Assembly: GCF_000270205.1 (NCBI RefSeq)
Contig: NC_015913.1
Span: forward strand, 1,050,001-1,082,000
Reading direction: 5' to 3'
Source of the DNA: Candidatus Arthromitus sp. SFB-mouse-Japan
GTDB lineage: Bacteria; Bacillota; Clostridia; Clostridiales; Clostridiaceae
Length of the DNA: 32,000 nucleotides
The notes under the pieces were generated by a model that saw only the letters and a list, made by a program, of their open reading frames with translations, was not told where the DNA came from and did not search any database. This document shows positions 15,918 through 23,711 of this stretch, one piece after another (the first letter of the stretch is position 1; the number at the start of each line of letters is the position of its first letter). Both the position numbers and the translations under genes were made by a program.

Positions 15918-16976
15918 CTATAAAATTGAACGGAACGGAACATTAGGTTCATCTGTGAAACAATCCTCAAAACCTCTTCTATAGTGATATTGACGTTTAT
16001 CTTTGTCATTTGGATAAATGAATTTTCCTCCAACATCCCAGATAAACGGCTTAAACTTATATTGAAGTACATCTTTCTTATATTCATACAACATATTAAC
16101 TTCCTGAGGATCAGCTTTAAAATTAGTCCAAACATCATAATGGAAAGGAATTACAACTTTACATTGAAGTGCCTCAGCCATACGTAATATATCAATTGAT
16201 GTCATCTTATCCTGATTTCCAATAGGATTCTCACCAAAAGATCCAAGAGCAACATCTATTTCATGGTCTTTACCATGTTTTGCATAATAAACAGAATAAT
16301 GAGAATCTCCACTATGGTATATGCTTCCAGCATCAGTCTTTATTAAATAGTTAACAGCTTTCTCATCCATATCATTTGGACAAACTCCTCTAATATCTTC
16401 ATCAGCTGTAACCAAACAAGTTCTATCAAAACTATCCAAAACTACAATTTCAACTTCATTTACCTTTACTACATCACCAGGCTTAACTTCAATACATCTT
16501 TCAGCAGGTACTCCATAAGAAATCCATTTTTCTATACATTTCTTTGGTCCAATAAACGGTACTTCTTTATTAACATTTTTCATAACCGCAGCTGCATAAA
16601 AAGGATCTATATGATCGTTATGGTAATGTGTAGATAAAACTGCATCAACATTTTTAACCGCAAATGGATCAAAAACTATCGGAGCTGCTCTTAAATTTGG
16701 TTGAGTCGCTCTTCCCCCTGTCATATTTCTCATTTGATGATACTTATCCATCTCTTTGACTTTCTTAGTTCTCTTTCCATTTCCAAACCATAAGTCAATT
16801 GAAATGTTAGTATTTTGGTGCGTTTTAATCCAAATACCAGTACATCCAATCCACCACATTGCAAATATTCCTTTTTCTACTACTTCATCCTCTATATCTT
16901 CATTGAGCCAAGTTCACCACTCAGGAAACGCTCCAAGTATCCAAGACTCTCTAGTTATTTCATCTATCTTACTCAA
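15918..16976 (-). pseudogene. ulaG: L-ascorbate-6-phosphate lactonase (UlaG, metallo-beta-lactamase fold) interrupted by an in-frame TGA at codon 21
   Basis: TTG at 16976 follows AGGAG (16983-16987). Translation gives [48 protein letters not shown].., colinear with E. coli UlaG ([30 protein letters not shown]...FAMWWLGCTGIWLK). The TGA at 16914-16916 replaces the conserved Gly codon. The remaining 313 codons, including HYHNDHID, are intact. Confidence 0.8.
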
Positions 16977-17111
16977 TTTAAACAACTCCTAAAATTAAAT
17001 TAAAATATGTTTTTAATTTACTACTGTACAATAAATCGTTTCAATAACTTTTAGGAGCATTTTAATTTTTTATATGATCATTTTAAGTTAATCAATTAAT
17101 AACAAATGGTG

Positions 17112-17117
17112 TATAAT
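17112..17117 (+). promoter_or_regulatory. Consensus -10 hexamer (TATAAT) of the probable regulator-gene promoter
   Basis: AAATGGTGTATAATAT is on the plus strand about 70 nt upstream of the DeoR-family gene. The -35 is poor (TTAATC/TAATCA). Confidence 0.35.
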
Positions 17118-17186
17118 ATTTAACAAACAATAATTATAATCTAGTTATAATAAAATTAATTCTTCAATTTATATTTAATTTTAAAA

Positions 17187-17945
17187 GTGGTGAGTATTTT
17201 GAAAATATCCAAGAAAATAATCAATACTCGTAGATGCAAAATACTAATGGAAATCCAAACTTGCGACAAAGTATTTGTGAATAATCTTTCTGAAAAGCTC
17301 AAGGTATCCCCCCTAACAATTAGGAGAGACCTACAAGTGCTTGAAGACAATGGCTTTGTTGAAAGATTTTATGGAGGTGCAAAATTCAAAGAAGAAAAAT
17401 TATGTCTCAGAGAAAAAGAGGATTATATAGATTCAATTGCAAAAATAGCTTCAAGGTATATTGAAGATAATGATGTTATTTTTGTAAACTCTAGCAAAAT
17501 AACTTTAAAAATGCTCGAGTATATCCATAGCAAAAACGTAAATGTAATAACTAATAATGCAAATGCAGTACTTATAAACAACCCAAACATATCAGTTATT
17601 TTAACTGGCGGTGAATTAAACATAAACAAAAAATCCCTAACAGGTGAATTTGCAATTAAAACATTAAATAATATTGTTGCCACTAAATGCTTTCTTGGAT
17701 GCAGTGGAATCACTACAAATGGATTTACTTCAATTATTCCACAAGAAGCATATATTAATGAATGTATGCTTAAAAGATGTGTTGGTAATGTATTTATTTT
17801 AGCCGAAACTTCAAAGATTGGGCGTGAATATAACTTTTTAAGTGCTCCAATCAATATGATAAACACTTTAATAACTGACGCATCTCCATCTGATGAGCTT
17901 ATAAATATTCAGAAAAAAGGAATCAAAATAATTTATTCACATTAA
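17187..17945 (+). CDS. DeoR-family transcriptional regulator (UlaR-like), divergent from the ula-like operon
   Basis: N-terminal HTH (..LSEKLKVSPLTIRRDLQVLEDNGFVERFYGGA) plus a DeoR C-terminal sugar-phosphate sensor domain. The start could be GTG 17187/17190 or TTG 17199. Confidence 0.85.
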   Translation: MVSILKISKKIINTRRCKILMEIQTCDKVFVNNLSEKLKVSPLTIRRDLQVLEDNGFVERFYGGAKFKEEKLCLREKEDYIDSIAKIASRYIEDNDVIFVNSSKITLKMLEYIHSKNVNVITNNANAVLINNPNISVILTGGELNINKKSLTGEFAIKTLNNIVATKCFLGCSGITTNGFTSIIPQEAYINECMLKRCVGNVFILAETSKIGREYNFLSAPINMINTLITDASPSDELINIQKKGIKIIYSH

Positions 17946-17954
17946 AACATTAAT

Positions 17955-17990
17955 AAAGAGTATTTGAAAATCAAATACTCTTTTTGTTTT
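17955..17990. terminator. Bidirectional rho-independent terminator
   Basis: AAAGAGTATTTGA (17955-17967) / TCAAATACTCTTT (17971-17983) with a 3-nt loop, followed by TTGTTTT. It lies between convergent genes. Confidence 0.75.
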
Positions 17991-17996
17991 GAAATT

Positions 17997-18263
17997 TTAT
18001 TTACTCCATCTCTTAACTTTAACTTTTCTGGTTTTATAACTTTCAAATTTTTGAGCAAACTTCTTAAATCCACCTAAAAAGTTTTTAGCAAACTTCTTAT
18101 TCCTATCATCCATAATAAAAGATTTTGTTTTTCTAAAAATCTCTTGAGGGGAAAACTTATTATATCCTATAGTATGAACAACATTTCTCCTTGGTTTCCT
18201 CTTACTCCTACTTTCAATCATTTGTCTTAAACTAGCTATATCAAATTTAAAATTCATGACCAT
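17997..18263 (-). CDS. Small, very basic hypothetical protein (88 aa, Lys/Arg-rich)
   Basis: The ORF starts 18 nt downstream of cutC, with GGGAGA upstream. An ATG at 18257 has better spacing to that RBS. I recognise no family. Confidence 0.45.
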   Translation of the reverse strand: MVMNFKFDIASLRQMIESRSKRKPRRNVVHTIGYNKFSPQEIFRKTKSFIMDDRNKKFAKNFLGGFKKFAQKFESYKTRKVKVKRWSK

Positions 18264-18281
18264 ATTCTCCCTTTATAAATT

Positions 18282-19031
18282 CTAGAAATTATTTAAAATA
18301 TCCTTAACTTTCCTTATCTCTTCTTCGTTAGTTCTCCATATTTCATACTCACTTAAACTCGGTATACCCATATTAACATTCTCATTTCTAAATTCCATTT
18401 TACTATTTAAAACTTGTTTAGCTGACATATGAAATGCCTTTATTTTAGTTTTTAATAAGAACTCCTTTATAATATTTGAATTCATACCTGAGCCTGCCAT
18501 TATAGAAATTTTACTCTGAGATTTTTCATGCAACTTACTTATTAACTCCATTCCCTTTAAACAATTGTTCTGTTGTCCAGAAGTTAATATTGTATGAAGT
18601 CCAATCTCTATCGATTGGTTCAACACTTCAAAAGGATCACGACAAACATCAAAAGCTCTATGAAGTACAACATTCATATCTCCAGAAATTTCCTTAATCT
18701 CTTTCATAAAATCATAATCAAGTTCCCCATCTTTTTTTAATGCTCCAATAACAATTCCTTCAGCTCCAGCATCACGAAAAAGTTCAACTTCACACTTAAT
18801 AATATTTTTCTCATAATCTGTGTATAAAAAATCCCCAAATCTTGGTCTCAAAAGAACATGCATAGGTATACTGGATATCTTTCTGATTTCTTTAAATAGA
18901 AATATGCTAGGACTAGTTCCTCCAATTGATAAGTTTGCACAAAGCTCTAATCTATTTGCTCCACCATTACTTGCATTTATAGCTGATTCAACGCTATCAA
19001 CACAACACTCTAAAATAAACTTATTATTCAT
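18282..19031 (-). CDS. cutC: CutC-family copper homeostasis protein (TIM barrel)
   Basis: 249 aa. The N-terminus (LECCVDSVESAINASNGGANRLELC.NL..GGTSPS) and overall length match CutC. Confidence 0.85.
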   Translation of the reverse strand: MNNKFILECCVDSVESAINASNGGANRLELCANLSIGGTSPSIFLFKEIRKISSIPMHVLLRPRFGDFLYTDYEKNIIKCEVELFRDAGAEGIVIGALKKDGELDYDFMKEIKEISGDMNVVLHRAFDVCRDPFEVLNQSIEIGLHTILTSGQQNNCLKGMELISKLHEKSQSKISIMAGSGMNSNIIKEFLLKTKIKAFHMSAKQVLNSKMEFRNENVNMGIPSLSEYEIWRTNEEEIRKVKDILNNF

Positions 19032-19068
19032 AAAGCACCTCTCCTAATTAAAAGATATCATTAATAAG

Positions 19069-19098
19069 ATACTTTAAAATGATGATATTTTAAAGTAT
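19069..19098. promoter_or_regulatory. Perfect 12-6-12 palindrome overlapping a TATAAT hexamer (candidate operator)
   Basis: ATACTTTAAAAT (19069-19080) - GATGAT - ATTTTAAAGTAT (19087-19098). TATAAT at 19096-19101 lies 42 nt upstream of the DUF454 gene start. Confidence 0.3.
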
Positions 19099-19142
19099 AA
19101 TTTAAATAATAATTAAATTTAGATAATTTTGAGGTTTAATCA

Positions 19143-19499
19143 ATGAAATATATTTTCATACTTTTAGGTGTTTTTTGTTTCATAATTGGAGTTATTGGGA
19201 TAATTCTTCCCCTAATACCAACAACTCCTCTATTTCTACTCACTCTAATTTGTTTTGCTAAATCCTCTCCCAAACTTGAAAAGAGGTTCATTTCATCTAA
19301 ATTTTACAAAAAATATTTGGAAGACTTCATGAAAAATAAAAGACTTCCTCTTAAACGTAAAATATTTTTAGTATGCTTAGCTACAACAATGATGTCTTTT
19401 CCTCTAATAATACTCGATAATATAATAATAAAAATATTAGTGGTAATGCTACTTGCATATCTTTATTACTACTTCTTCTTTAAAATTAAAAACTATTAG
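19143..19499 (+). CDS. DUF454/YbaN-family inner-membrane protein
   Basis: 118 aa. The sequence ..GVIGIILPLIPTTPLFLLTLICFAKSSPKLEKRF.. is the typical YbaN-family N-terminus. Confidence 0.7.
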   Translation: MKYIFILLGVFCFIIGVIGIILPLIPTTPLFLLTLICFAKSSPKLEKRFISSKFYKKYLEDFMKNKRLPLKRKIFLVCLATTMMSFPLIILDNIIIKILVVMLLAYLYYYFFFKIKNY

Positions 19500-19500
19500 C

Positions 19501-19529
19501 TTGCATTCCATTTATAATTATTGTATAAC
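19501..19529 (+). promoter_or_regulatory. Sigma-A-type promoter of the single-domain globin gene
   Basis: -35 TTGCAT (19501-19506), 17-nt spacer, -10 TATAAC (19524-19529) preceded by TG. It lies about 29 nt upstream of the ATG. Confidence 0.45.
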
Positions 19530-19557
19530 TATAAGGTAATAAATTTTAAGGAGGTCT

Positions 19558-19995
19558 ATGATGTTAGATTACAAAGTTAAATGTATAATAAAGGATTGTG
19601 TTCCAGTATTAAGAGACCGTGGAGTTGAATTAACAGAAAATTTCTATAATTTAATGTTTACAAATAATCCAGAGGTTAGATCTCTTTTTGATGATGATAG
19701 ACAGAAAAGTGGGGAACAAGCCAAAGCTCTAGCATCTTCGCTTCTTGCAGTTGCTCAGAATATAGATAATTTAGAAAAAATTCTCCCAACTGTTAAAAAA
19801 ATTGGCATGTCTCACGTTAAAGCAAATGTTAAACCTGAACATTATCCAATAGTTGGAAAAAATCTTTTGCTAGCAATTAAAGAAACTTTAGGTGATACGG
19901 CTACTGATGAGCTTATTAATGCGTTTTCAGAAGTTTACAAATATATTTCAAAGATATTTATAGATATAGAAAAAGAACTATATAATACTATTTAA
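19558..19995 (+). CDS. Single-domain bacterial haemoglobin (Vitreoscilla Hb / flavohaemoglobin globin-domain type)
   Basis: 145 aa, colinear with Vitreoscilla Hb as I recall it: ..VPVL...GV.LT..FY..MF..NPEVR.LFD..RQ.SGEQ.KALA...LA.AQNI.NL..ILP.VKKI...H......HYPIVG..LL.AIKE.LGD.ATDE.. Tyr-B10, Gln-E7 and His-F8 are all present. Confidence 0.9.
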   Translation: MMLDYKVKCIIKDCVPVLRDRGVELTENFYNLMFTNNPEVRSLFDDDRQKSGEQAKALASSLLAVAQNIDNLEKILPTVKKIGMSHVKANVKPEHYPIVGKNLLLAIKETLGDTATDELINAFSEVYKYISKIFIDIEKELYNTI

Positions 19996-20001
19996 ACGCT
20001 C

Positions 20002-20048
20002 AAAAGGAACAATAAACTGCTATTTTATTGTTCCTTTTGATATTTTTT
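20002..20048 (+). terminator. Strong rho-independent terminator after the globin gene
   Basis: Perfect 15-bp stem AAAAGGAACAATAAA (20002-20016) / TTTATTGTTCCTTTT (20024-20038) with a 7-nt loop, followed by GATATTTTTT. Confidence 0.8.
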
Positions 20049-20145
20049 AAGATAATCAGAGTTGTATTATAAATCTTTTTGTTATAAAATCCAAAGTAAA
20101 AGTAAACAATTTATTTAAATATATTTCTAAAACCTGAGGGGGATA

Positions 20146-21195
20146 ATGATGAATCAAAACGCTAAAAAAATTATCGAAAACCATATTCCAATTTTTAAAA
20201 ATAAAGGAATGGAATTCTCAAATAATTTCTATAAAATTTTATTTGAATATAATAATAACGCTAAATTACTTTTTAAAGAAAATAGCTTAAAAAATGATGA
20301 GCAAATAAAAGATACGTCGTTTCTTTTTGTATCCATCTTTGAAAACGTAAACAACATTGATAAAATTATTCCTATTATAAAAGAATTTGTAAATAAACAT
20401 ATGAACATAAATTCTAATATTAAAATAGACTCTTGTCAGATTATTAAAGAAGCTTTCTTATCATCTTTTAAGAAAACATTTAACGAAATTGCTACAAATG
20501 AACTTATAACTGCATATTCCGATATATATGACCTAATTTCTAGAGAATTATGTGATAAGAAAAATAATTCGGGATACAAAAATGAACATGAATTCATTCA
20601 AGACCCTTGGGCAAGAATTACTACAAGAAATGGACTTGCTGGAGATGAGGTTATATCTTCACTTCAAAAGTGTATAAGACGTGGTCTTGTTGAAGATGCT
20701 TGTAAATTTGCATATGAAATGTACATCACATCCCCACAAATGGAAGATAAACTTTGGAGAAGACTTGTTACTATAACTGTTGAGGATATTGGTATGGGTG
20801 ATGTTAATGCCCCAATATTAATAAACACATTAAACGAAATGAGAAAAAATTACGCATATGCTGACGGAGACAGACCAATATTTTTCATACATGCAATAAG
20901 ATATTTATGTGCTTGTCAGAAAGATCGTTCAAGTGATCTACTTAAAAATATAGTTATAAAAAGTTTTGCTATGGGATTTATTCCTGAGATTCCAGACTTT
21001 GCTTTAGATAAACACACTATAAGAGGTGCAAAAATGGGACGTGATTCATTCCACTTCTTAAACGAAGCAAGTAAAGTAATTCCCCAACTTCCAATAGACA
21101 ATGACTATAAACAACGTTATGAAGAAATACTAAAGACCTATAATCCTGATAATGTTTGTAAATCAGCATTTAAATACAATCCTTGGCAAGAATAA
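20146..21195 (+). CDS. Globin domain fused to an MgsA/RarA C-terminal-like helical domain (no AAA+ ATPase module)
   Basis: 349 aa. Residues 1 to about 137 are a diverged paralogue of the upstream globin, retaining Tyr-B10 (NNFYKILF), Gln-E7 (NDEQIKD) and His-F8 (FVNKHMN). Residues from about 150 to 349 align by eye with the C-terminal half of E. coli RarA: ISSLQKCIRRG..DACKF ~ ISALHKSVRGS..DAALYW; WRRLVTITVEDIGMGDV ~ ARRCLAIASEDVGNADP; AIRYLCACQKDRS ~ AIVYLACAPKSNA. There is no Walker A/B motif. RBS GAGGGGG precedes the start. Confidence 0.75.
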   Translation: MMNQNAKKIIENHIPIFKNKGMEFSNNFYKILFEYNNNAKLLFKENSLKNDEQIKDTSFLFVSIFENVNNIDKIIPIIKEFVNKHMNINSNIKIDSCQIIKEAFLSSFKKTFNEIATNELITAYSDIYDLISRELCDKKNNSGYKNEHEFIQDPWARITTRNGLAGDEVISSLQKCIRRGLVEDACKFAYEMYITSPQMEDKLWRRLVTITVEDIGMGDVNAPILINTLNEMRKNYAYADGDRPIFFIHAIRYLCACQKDRSSDLLKNIVIKSFAMGFIPEIPDFALDKHTIRGAKMGRDSFHFLNEASKVIPQLPIDNDYKQRYEEILKTYNPDNVCKSAFKYNPWQE

Positions 21196-21216
21196 TAGAA
21201 CGAGAGGTTATAAAAA

Positions 21217-22512
21217 ATGAAATCAAGTTCAATGTTTGAAAAATTAGATAAAGCACTATCTCCTATAAGTACAAAAATAGCTAATCAACGTCATTTAAGA
21301 GCCGTTTCAACGGGTATGATGTTAACATTACCTTTAATTGTAATTGGTTCACTGTTTCTTATAATAGCGAATCCTCCGGTAAACCCTGATATAATTGATC
21401 CTAATACTACAAATATATTTTTAAAATTCCTTCTTTTATGGAAATCATTTGCTGTACAAAATTATTCTCTAATCACTACGCCATACGATATGACAATGGG
21501 ACTTTTAGGACTTGCATCAGCATTCACAATTTCATACGCTTTGGCTAATGAATACAAAATGAAAAGCATAATGTCTGGTCTTATATCAATGTGTGTGTAC
21601 TTTATGGTATCTGCAACAGTAATTGACGGAAATATATCAACAGCATTTTTAGGATCTGATGGATTATTTGTAGCCATAATTATTAGTCTTTTATCAGTCG
21701 AAATAACTAGATTAATAGAAAGAAAAGGATTCCAGATTAAAATGCCAGATAGCGTTCCCCCTGCAGTAACATCATTTATAAATTCAATGTTCCCACTACT
21801 CGCAAACATTTTAATAATCTATGGCATAAATGTAATAATAAAAGTAAATTTTGATATGTCAATACCTCAAGCCATAATGTCTATATTAAACCCTGCTCTT
21901 TCTGTTGTTGACAATTTATGGGGATTCCTATTAATTATGACATTTGGTAATTTATTATGGATTATTGGCGTTAATGGTACATCAATAATATTCCCAATCG
22001 TATTCACTCTTGGGATAACTAATACTGGATTAAATGCCGATTTAATTGCATCTGGTCAAGCTCCAAATTTTTTAATGAACTTACAAATGTTTAGGGTCAC
22101 AGTACTTGGTGGAGCTGGGAATACATTAGGACTTGTAATTTTAATGTTATGGAGTAAATCTGTTCATTTAAAATCCCTAGGTAAACTCTCTATTATTCCA
22201 GGAATATGCGGAATCAATGAACCTATAATTTTTGGTGGACCAATCGTATTTAATGCAATATTAGCAATACCATTTTTATTAACTCCAATAATAACGGTAA
22301 GTATGACATATTTTGCACAGAAAATTGGATTAATAGGACTTGGATATTTAGTTGATCCATCATTTACTCCTTTCTTTGCTCAAGCTTATTTATCATCATT
22401 AGACTTTAGAAATGTTATATTTTCATTCTTTTTAGTTCTTGTAAGTCTTGTCATATATTATCCCTTTTTCAAAGTTTACGAGAAAAACACACTAATCAAG
22501 GAAGCTAAATAA
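21217..22512 (+). CDS. Orphan PTS lactose/cellobiose-family EIIC permease
   Basis: 431-aa polytopic protein. The N-terminus (LSPISTKIANQRHLRAVSTGMMLTLPLIVIGS) is the EIIC-family signature. It starts 21 nt after the globin-fusion gene. No EIIA or EIIB gene is adjacent. Confidence 0.85.
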   Translation: MKSSSMFEKLDKALSPISTKIANQRHLRAVSTGMMLTLPLIVIGSLFLIIANPPVNPDIIDPNTTNIFLKFLLLWKSFAVQNYSLITTPYDMTMGLLGLASAFTISYALANEYKMKSIMSGLISMCVYFMVSATVIDGNISTAFLGSDGLFVAIIISLLSVEITRLIERKGFQIKMPDSVPPAVTSFINSMFPLLANILIIYGINVIIKVNFDMSIPQAIMSILNPALSVVDNLWGFLLIMTFGNLLWIIGVNGTSIIFPIVFTLGITNTGLNADLIASGQAPNFLMNLQMFRVTVLGGAGNTLGLVILMLWSKSVHLKSLGKLSIIPGICGINEPIIFGGPIVFNAILAIPFLLTPIITVSMTYFAQKIGLIGLGYLVDPSFTPFFAQAYLSSLDFRNVIFSFFLVLVSLVIYYPFFKVYEKNTLIKEAK

Positions 22513-22520
22513 AAACAATT

Positions 22521-22549
22521 AAAGGTATAGCAGTTTTAGCTATACCTTT
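22521..22549. terminator. Bidirectional rho-independent terminator
   Basis: AAAGGTATAGC (22521-22531) / GCTATACCTTT (22539-22549) with a 7-nt loop, between convergent genes. Confidence 0.7.
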
Positions 22550-22554
22550 AATAA

Positions 22555-23550
22555 TTAATTTATGAAACTAATATCTTGATCTTTTGGAATCTCTATATAT
22601 TTAATTTTTGTATTATTAAGTTCTTTTTTAAGATCAATACAAGAAATTCTTCTATTAGTTGTTAAAGAGAAATAATATTTCAGGCTTTCAGAGCACATTA
22701 TATCTATACTTTGTGTGAACTCAAAATCTGATCCCTTATCTGTTTGAAGCCCAACTATTCCTTCTGCCATATAAACTGTTGAAAACATATTAAACATTCT
22801 TGTTACTCCATCAAGCTCATCATTCCCCTTAGGAGAAAAATTTTTAGTAAGAGCAACTCTTATAAAACGATCAGTTGAAGCATATCCTCCTGGGAATCTT
22901 AACCCCCACACACCAAAAGCCTTAAACTCTTTTCCACATATAGTATCTTGTTTTACTCCAAGTGGTGATTGCCCCAAATAATTCCTAATATTTTGTTCAT
23001 GCCATTCATAGTTAGGACTATTTGTCATAACACCTATAGTATTTCTATGTACAGTAACTCCTCCTTCATTAGGTTCAACAATTATCGCCTCACCTGTAGA
23101 ATCAAAAAATATAAAATGAACTCTTATTTCATTCCCAAATACCTTCTCACTACTAAAGTTTATTGCTTTAGCCTCTCTCTCTACCTCATCTAAAGTTTTA
23201 CAAGTAGACAACATATAGGTAACTATAAATGACGGATTAACACTAACACTATAATTATCATTTGTATCATAACAAGCAAAACCTGGATAATTTAGAAGTG
23301 CACCCATAAGTCCATGTTCATTGATTCCATCAACAAGAAATGGTGTATCTAGACCGTTTATATTCATTCCTGTTACTACATATTCTGATTTCACCATACT
23401 CTTAGTTTCAATAAGTGTACTAAACTCATAATTCCTTGGAATAACAACGAATGAATTACTATCTAAATTCCCAAAATAATCATAAGTTCTTCCGAGCAAA
23501 TGTTTCCCGTCAATTGTCTGCCATGAAAAACTACTACAACCAATATTCAT
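22555..23550 (-). CDS. Choloylglycine hydrolase-family Ntn hydrolase (penicillin V acylase / bile salt hydrolase-like)
   Basis: It is colinear with Lysinibacillus penicillin V acylase as I recall it (MLG|CSSLSIRT.. versus MNIG|CSSFSWQT..). The catalytic set is conserved: nucleophile Cys after a short propeptide, GRTYDY (Arg/Asp), IGVMTNSP..EWH (Asn) and DRFIRVA (Arg). The start is ATG 23550 or TTG 23562. Confidence 0.85.
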   Translation of the reverse strand: MNIGCSSFSWQTIDGKHLLGRTYDYFGNLDSNSFVVIPRNYEFSTLIETKSMVKSEYVVTGMNINGLDTPFLVDGINEHGLMGALLNYPGFACYDTNDNYSVSVNPSFIVTYMLSTCKTLDEVEREAKAINFSSEKVFGNEIRVHFIFFDSTGEAIIVEPNEGGVTVHRNTIGVMTNSPNYEWHEQNIRNYLGQSPLGVKQDTICGKEFKAFGVWGLRFPGGYASTDRFIRVALTKNFSPKGNDELDGVTRMFNMFSTVYMAEGIVGLQTDKGSDFEFTQSIDIMCSESLKYYFSLTTNRRISCIDLKKELNNTKIKYIEIPKDQDISFIN

Positions 23551-23711
23551 ATCGATTACCAACCTTCAAATTTTATAATAATTTATTATACTCTTAATTT
23601 TAAGAATTAGCCAAAACACTCAAAAATTTTTTAGAGTATTTAATTCAAATATTGCAAACAATAATTATGTTTAATGATTTTTTACATTGCAAATTATCAG
23701 GAGTGAAATTA

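Noticed and set aside
15911-16138. 75-aa minus-strand ORF overlapping the 3' end of ulaG in another frame.
   Set aside because: It lies entirely inside the well-conserved UlaG frame and has no RBS and no homology.
12440-16930. Selenocysteine insertion at the two internal TGAs.
   Set aside because: The aligned residues in homologues are Gly and Trp, not Cys or Sec. I see no stable SECIS-like hairpin in the 40 nt downstream of either TGA.
11861-16976. The idea that the in-frame TGAs mean TGA is a sense codon in this organism (code 4 Trp or code 25 Gly).
   Set aside because: TGA terminates araD itself at the expected C-terminus (11861-11863). It also terminates the rqcH-like gene (388-390) and the small ORF at 7380-7382. 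The two internal TGAs align with different amino acids, Gly in UlaG and Trp in AraD. Global reassignment is therefore not supported.
16996-17020. 10-bp inverted repeat TAAATTAAAA-n5-TTTTAATTTA just upstream of the ulaG RBS, as a possible DeoR/UlaR operator.
   Set aside because: It is composed solely of A and T in a very AT-rich intergenic region, so a chance palindrome is likely. It has no similarity to any operator I can recall.
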